Below, in pieces: positions 16,002-20,000 of a stretch of DNA of 20,000 nucleotides. The first letter of the stretch is position 1. The number at the start of each line of letters is the position of its first letter. Below the pieces are notes generated by a model. It was not told the origin of the DNA. It was given only the letters and a program-made list of their open reading frames with translations, and made no database searches. Location of the stretch: the IMG/VR virus record IMGVR_UViG_3300025767_000014. The stretch is one strand, 5' to 3'. The DNA comes from an uncultured virus (IMG/VR IMGVR_UViG_3300025767_000014). Taxonomy: Duplodnaviria > Heunggongvirae > Uroviricota > Caudoviricetes. A program made the translations under genes and the position numbers.

Positions 16002-16199
16002 ATGTTTGAAACTGTTTTATTAGTTTGTCTTTTATCAAATTCAACTCTTTGTTTTGAAGCGCATGATACGCGAGGGCCTTATATAACTATTCAAGAATGT
16101 ATAGTTCGGGCAGAAGAAATGCGTTTAAGAATTAATTCATTAAATGACCATAGCGCAAAAGCATATCAGTGCAGAAAAGCTAAAGGAGGTTCAATATGA
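16002..16199 (+). CDS. Small hypothetical protein, hydrophobic N-terminus, four Cys
   Basis: GGGAGGA SD places the start at ATG 16002. 65 aa, MFETVLLVCLL...GPY.TIQEC...AYQC. ATGA overlap with the holin. Confidence 0.75.
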   Translation: MFETVLLVCLLSNSTLCFEAHDTRGPYITIQECIVRAEEMRLRINSLNDHSAKAYQCRKAKGGSI

Positions 16200-16591
16200 T
16201 TGAAGCATTAATAGGCCCAGTTAGTAGCCTACTTGATAAATTTATAGAAGACAAAGATCAAAAAGCGCAGCTCGCCCATGACCTTGCAACAATGGCAGGT
16301 CGTCATGCACAAGAGCTTGCAAAGGGACAGCTTGAAATAAATAAAGCTGAAGCTCAACATCGTAGTATATTTGTTGCAGGCTGGCGACCATTTGTTGGTT
16401 GGACTTGTGGGATTGCACTTGCTTGGCATTTTGTACTTGCACCATTTATTATATTCGGTAGTGCATATGCTGGTATGACTTTACCTGAGTTACCACAATT
16501 TGATATGACTTCATTACTTACAGTCCTTATGGGAATGCTTGGGCTTGGTGGATTACGTACATTTGAAAAGGTGAAAAACGTTACAAAATGA
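16196..16591 (+). CDS. Holin, 3TM gene-transfer-agent type
   Basis: AAGGAGG SD, 131 aa. Motifs LLDKFIEDKD, EINKAEA, FVAGWRPFVGW and LMGMLGLGGLRTFEK. Directly upstream of the lysozyme. Confidence 0.85.
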   Translation: MIEALIGPVSSLLDKFIEDKDQKAQLAHDLATMAGRHAQELAKGQLEINKAEAQHRSIFVAGWRPFVGWTCGIALAWHFVLAPFIIFGSAYAGMTLPELPQFDMTSLLTVLMGMLGLGGLRTFEKVKNVTK

Positions 16592-17028
16592 ATTTAGAAA
16601 AATTGCGTGAGGAATTAAAGATAGATGAAGGGGTTAAGTATGAAATCTACTTAGATCATCTTAAACTTCCTACCTTTGGAATCGGACATTTAATATTAAA
16701 GAGTGATCCAGAATATGACCAGCCAGTTGGTACTCCAGTTTCTGAAGACAGAGTTAATGATTGCTTTGCTAATGATATTGAAATTGTTCTTAAAGACTGT
16801 GTAAGTTTATTCCCAGATTTTAATACCTTACCAGAAGAAGTGCAATTAATTATTGCTAATATGATGTTTAATATGGGCTTACCCCGTTTATCCGGCTTTA
16901 AGAATTTTAAAGCAGCCATAGCGGCCCAAGATTGGTGCATGGCAGCCATTGAGATGGTTGATAGTCGTTGGTATAAACAAGTTACACAACGGGCTGAGAG
17001 GCTTGTAAAAAGAATGCAAAATGTGTAA
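16588..17028 (+). CDS. Endolysin, T4-type lysozyme (GH24)
   Basis: 146 aa. Catalytic E-x8-D-x5-T in DEGVKYEIYLDHLKLPTFGIGHL; also NMMFNMG and DSRWYKQV..RA.RL. Confidence 0.92.
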   Translation: MNLEKLREELKIDEGVKYEIYLDHLKLPTFGIGHLILKSDPEYDQPVGTPVSEDRVNDCFANDIEIVLKDCVSLFPDFNTLPEEVQLIIANMMFNMGLPRLSGFKNFKAAIAAQDWCMAAIEMVDSRWYKQVTQRAERLVKRMQNV

Positions 17029-17034
17029 AACCGA

Positions 17035-17080
17035 ATTAAATGTCCCCTATAAGAGGAAGGCACATCTATCTTATAGAGGA
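17035..17080 (+). promoter_or_regulatory. nrdJ leader: inverted repeat covering the SD, overlapping a candidate T7/SP6-like promoter
   Basis: TCCcCTATAAGA (17043-17054) pairs with TCTTATAGaGGA (17069-17080) at 11 of 12 positions, and the SD GAGGA lies in the 3' arm. ATTAAATGTCCCCTATA|AGAGGA has the AT-rich...C.CTATA-purine layout of single-subunit RNAP promoters. Confidence 0.55.
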
Positions 17081-17088
17081 AATAAAAA

Positions 17089-18837
17089 ATGAAAAATATT
17101 GAATACTCTGGACCATTTATGTCACTCTCACAAGAGATTGATAAGATGAAATACAGACAAGAGAATGAAAGTTTTGATGATAAGATTAAAAGAATAGCAA
17201 AAGCACTTAGTGATGATCCAGAGCATCAATATAACCTAGAAGATATTTTAGGTAATATGAGGTTCCTACCAGCAGGCAGAGTACAATCTGCTATGGGATC
17301 TAATAGAATTACAACTGCATATAACTGTTTTGTATCTGGTACAATTGAAGATAGTATGCATAGCATTATGGAGAAGGCTAGTGAAGCTGCTGAAACAATG
17401 CGTAGAGGTGGTGGGATTGGTTATGACTTTTCCAAGATCCGTCCCCGCGGCGACCGGATTAAATCTCTTGACTCGCAGTCGTCGGGACCGGTTTCTTTTA
17501 TGGGTATCTTCGATTCTGTTTGCCAAACTATTGCATCATCCGGCCATCGCCGTGGCGCTCAGATGGGAGTACTACGCGTGGACCATCCAGACATTGAGGA
17601 GTTCATTGCTGCTAAACGTAATTCTGATAAGCTTACTGGTTTTAATGTTAGTGTAGGTATTACTGATAAATTTATGGAGGCTCTTCAGAATGATGGGGAT
17701 GATTCTTTTGAACTGTGCTTTGATGGACTCACCGTTAAAACCGTATCGGCCACTAAGCTTTGGGATGAAATCATGCTTAGCACTTGGGATTGGGCTGAGC
17801 CTGGCGTATTGTTTATTGATCGAATAACTGAAATGAACAATCTCTTTTATTGTGAAGAGATCGCTGCTACCAACCCGTGTGGTGAGCAACCCCTACCTGC
17901 TTATGGTGCATGTTTGCTTGGATCATTTAACTTAACTAAGTATGTTGAAGATAACGAATTTAATTTTACGCAATTTAAAAAGGACATTCCGCATATAGTG
18001 CAGGGGATGGACAATGTTATTGACAGAACAATCTATCCACTTAAACAACAATCAGACGAAGCAAAGAACAAGCGCCGTATGGGACTTGGCGTCACTGGTC
18101 TGGCTAATGCCGGAGAAATGCTCGGAATGCCTTATGCCTCACCAGAATTTCTTGTGTGGGCAGAAAAAGTATTCGCATGCTTGCGTGACAATTGCTATAG
18201 AGCATCAGCGCGACTAGCAGCAGAGAAAGGTGCGTTCCCACTTTATCGTGAAGCCTACCTACAATCTAACTTTATTCGCAGCCTACCTGCCTCTGTTAAA
18301 AAGGAGATACGGGAACATGGTATTAGAAACAGTCACCTTACTTCTATTGCACCGACTGGTACAATATCTCTTGTAGCTGATAATGTTTCAGGCGGAATTG
18401 AACCCGTCTTTTCGCATTACTATGAACGAACCATTCAAACATTTGATGGACCTAAAGTAGAGCGCGTGGAGGATTATGCATATGCCCACGGAATAGAAAG
18501 CAAAACAGCAAACGACATTTCTGTACAGGATCATTTAGCTGTTTTATTGTTAGCTCAGCATTACGTTGATTCTGCATGTTCAAAAACTTGTAATGTGGGA
18601 GATGATGTCTCTTATGAAGACTTCAAGAAAGTGTATGTTGATGCCTGGAAGGGCGGGGCGAAGGGATGCACTACGTTCCGGTTGTCTGGAAAAAGATTTG
18701 GAATCCTTAACACCATTGAAGAAACCGTGGAAAAAGAAACGAAGATATCTAGCGAGACTCAGGAAATGGTTGAAGAAGAGGGAACGGTCGAAGCTTGCTT
18801 TATCGACCCGCTCACTGGCCAAAAAGAGTGCTCGTAA
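17089..18837 (+). CDS. nrdJ: Class II (adenosylcobalamin-dependent) ribonucleotide reductase
   Basis: 582 aa. Motifs FLPAGR, YNCFV, GGGIG, RRGAQMG, TNPCGEQ, ACLLGSFNL, IAPTGTIS and VDSACSKT. KGCTTFR stands where class I enzymes have the Tyr-Tyr pair. C-terminal Cys pair (CFIDPLTGQKEC), no ATP cone, no adjacent nrdB. Confidence 0.92.
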   Translation: MKNIEYSGPFMSLSQEIDKMKYRQENESFDDKIKRIAKALSDDPEHQYNLEDILGNMRFLPAGRVQSAMGSNRITTAYNCFVSGTIEDSMHSIMEKASEAAETMRRGGGIGYDFSKIRPRGDRIKSLDSQSSGPVSFMGIFDSVCQTIASSGHRRGAQMGVLRVDHPDIEEFIAAKRNSDKLTGFNVSVGITDKFMEALQNDGDDSFELCFDGLTVKTVSATKLWDEIMLSTWDWAEPGVLFIDRITEMNNLFYCEEIAATNPCGEQPLPAYGACLLGSFNLTKYVEDNEFNFTQFKKDIPHIVQGMDNVIDRTIYPLKQQSDEAKNKRRMGLGVTGLANAGEMLGMPYASPEFLVWAEKVFACLRDNCYRASARLAAEKGAFPLYREAYLQSNFIRSLPASVKKEIREHGIRNSHLTSIAPTGTISLVADNVSGGIEPVFSHYYERTIQTFDGPKVERVEDYAYAHGIESKTANDISVQDHLAVLLLAQHYVDSACSKTCNVGDDVSYEDFKKVYVDAWKGGAKGCTTFRLSGKRFGILNTIEETVEKETKISSETQEMVEEEGTVEACFIDPLTGQKECS

Positions 18838-18863
18838 TAATTATATAATAATGGAGGAGTAAC

Positions 18864-20000
18864 ATGGCAGAAGAAATTATTTCTGTTACCGATATTGCAG
18901 ACTTAGGGGTTGTCAAGGACACTCCTCCTATTGCCCTCGGCCCTAATGTATTTAGTGATGTAAAGAATATTAGGTTCAGAGATAAAGCAGTGGCTAAGAT
19001 GTCTGGTGAAGTATTGCTTAATAATATTACAAGCGATCTTACAGCATCTGGAGAAACCTTTGGTAAAGTAAGATTCATTGCTAATTGGGAAAATCCTAAC
19101 GTAGCACCTAATGCTGTTTACTATATCTTTGTAGTTGACTATGTACGTAATAACGTAACTGTCGGGCAAAAAGTTTATATTCAAGATCACCTTGGTAATA
19201 AGAAAGACTTAACCCCAACCACACTTGCTGATGGCTTTACGTATACTCCATCAGAATGGCAGCATACTTTATTTGCAGGTGGCTTTGCGTTTATTCTTAA
19301 CAATGGTTTGGATCACCCCCAATACATCTTAGATACCCCAGGTAATACTGATATTAATAATATTGTGTTAGCTGATCTTCCAGGATGGGATGGGTACTCT
19401 GTTGAGCAAACGGCCATTGAAGATACTTGGAATGCTAATGACTCTTACTTATTTGATACTGGTCAAAAGGTAGACTTTGCTATTAATGAGCTTGTAGTTA
19501 CAGTTAATACTAGTACTACTAAAAGCATTGAAGCAGGTACACCAGCAGGTACTGGAACTCCTGGAGCAATTGATTTTGTTCCCGGTGCATTACCTAGTAC
19601 CCTACCTTCAGTTGTAACATCAAAGTACCAAGTGTATATTGATGAAGCTACTAATACCACAGTAGTTTATACTAATGCATTAAATGCAAATGATGTTGTA
19701 AAGGTCGTAGTACGTTCTCGTAATACTGTTACAACTACCACAGGTATCATTGAATCATTTGGTGATCTTCTTGTAGCAGGTGATTTAACCGAACGTGACT
19801 CAGTTACTAATGCTGTTATCCGTAGACTCTCAGGTGTTGTTAGAACATCTGACGTTGCAGTTCCCGGGGCAGTGCCAAATAATTGGAACCCTTTTGGTGC
19901 TGGTGTAAGTACAGCTGATGAATTTACTTTATCAGAAACAAATATTATTGAAGATATGAAATCATTACAGGGTAATATGTATATCTTTAGTACTAACTCT
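18864..20000 (+). CDS. Tail nozzle / DNA-stabilisation protein, 3'-truncated (not in ORF track)
   Basis: GGAGGAG SD, ATG 18864, 379 codons open to the window end. MAEEIISVTDIADLGVVKDTPPIALGPNVFSDVKNIRFRD..., ILNNGLDHPQY, DLPGWD, FGDLLVAG, VRTSDVAVPGAVPNNW. Resembles podovirus beta-propeller tail proteins. Confidence 0.8.
   Translation, partial: MAEEIISVTDIADLGVVKDTPPIALGPNVFSDVKNIRFRDKAVAKMSGEVLLNNITSDLTASGETFGKVRFIANWENPNVAPNAVYYIFVVDYVRNNVTVGQKVYIQDHLGNKKDLTPTTLADGFTYTPSEWQHTLFAGGFAFILNNGLDHPQYILDTPGNTDINNIVLADLPGWDGYSVEQTAIEDTWNANDSYLFDTGQKVDFAINELVVTVNTSTTKSIEAGTPAGTGTPGAIDFVPGALPSTLPSVVTSKYQVYIDEATNTTVVYTNALNANDVVKVVVRSRNTVTTTTGIIESFGDLLVAGDLTERDSVTNAVIRRLSGVVRTSDVAVPGAVPNNWNPFGAGVSTADEFTLSETNIIEDMKSLQGNMYIFSTNS

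Noticed and set aside
17029..17088. Cobalamin riboswitch upstream of nrdJ
   Set aside because: The gap is only 60 nt, with no B12-box or room for the required multi-helix fold.
17089..18837. Intein or intron in the RNR, or a class I assignment
   Set aside because: The conserved motifs are contiguous in a compact 582-aa frame. The class I Tyr-Tyr pair and nrdB are absent.
222..19660. Other minus-strand and nested alternative-frame ORFs in the track
   Set aside because: All overlap well-supported + strand genes that have SDs and coupled junctions, and none shows a recognisable motif.
1..20000. tRNA, rRNA, integrase, transposase or defence genes
   Set aside because: Intergenic gaps are 60 nt or less, and no such motifs were recognised in any ORF.

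Overview
This window is the virion-assembly and lysis region of a tailed dsDNA phage, and every credible gene is on the + strand. It looks like a podovirus with a phiEco32/SU10 (Kuravirus)-type head-tail gene set. The host is probably a marine alphaproteobacterium, inferred from the GTA-type 3TM holin, the class II RNR and the marine-phage-type fibre domains. Gene order: small basic proteins, portal, two small ORFs, scaffold, major capsid protein with terminator, three small ORFs, head-tail adaptor, long tail fibre with Ala/Thr/Ser heptad repeats, LamG/SPRY-type fibre protein with chaperone, 71-aa mini-fibre, Gly-rich adhesin, Cys-rich peptide, chaperone-like ORF, SAM methyltransferase, small membrane proteins, holin, T4-type lysozyme, cobalamin-dependent ribonucleotide reductase (nrdJ), and a tail nozzle/stabilisation protein that runs off the window. 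The ORF track missed three genes: 719..859, 14142..14282 and 18864..>20000. Three points stand out. (1) nrdJ sits inside the late operon behind a 60-nt leader in which an inverted repeat covers the Shine-Dalgarno and overlaps a T7/SP6-like promoter candidate. (2) A second, tightly coupled receptor-binding cassette carries its own Cys-rich peptide and methyltransferase. (3) A GQWSARKAQ-family protein appears to be split in two. All family assignments come from motif recognition; no searches were run.
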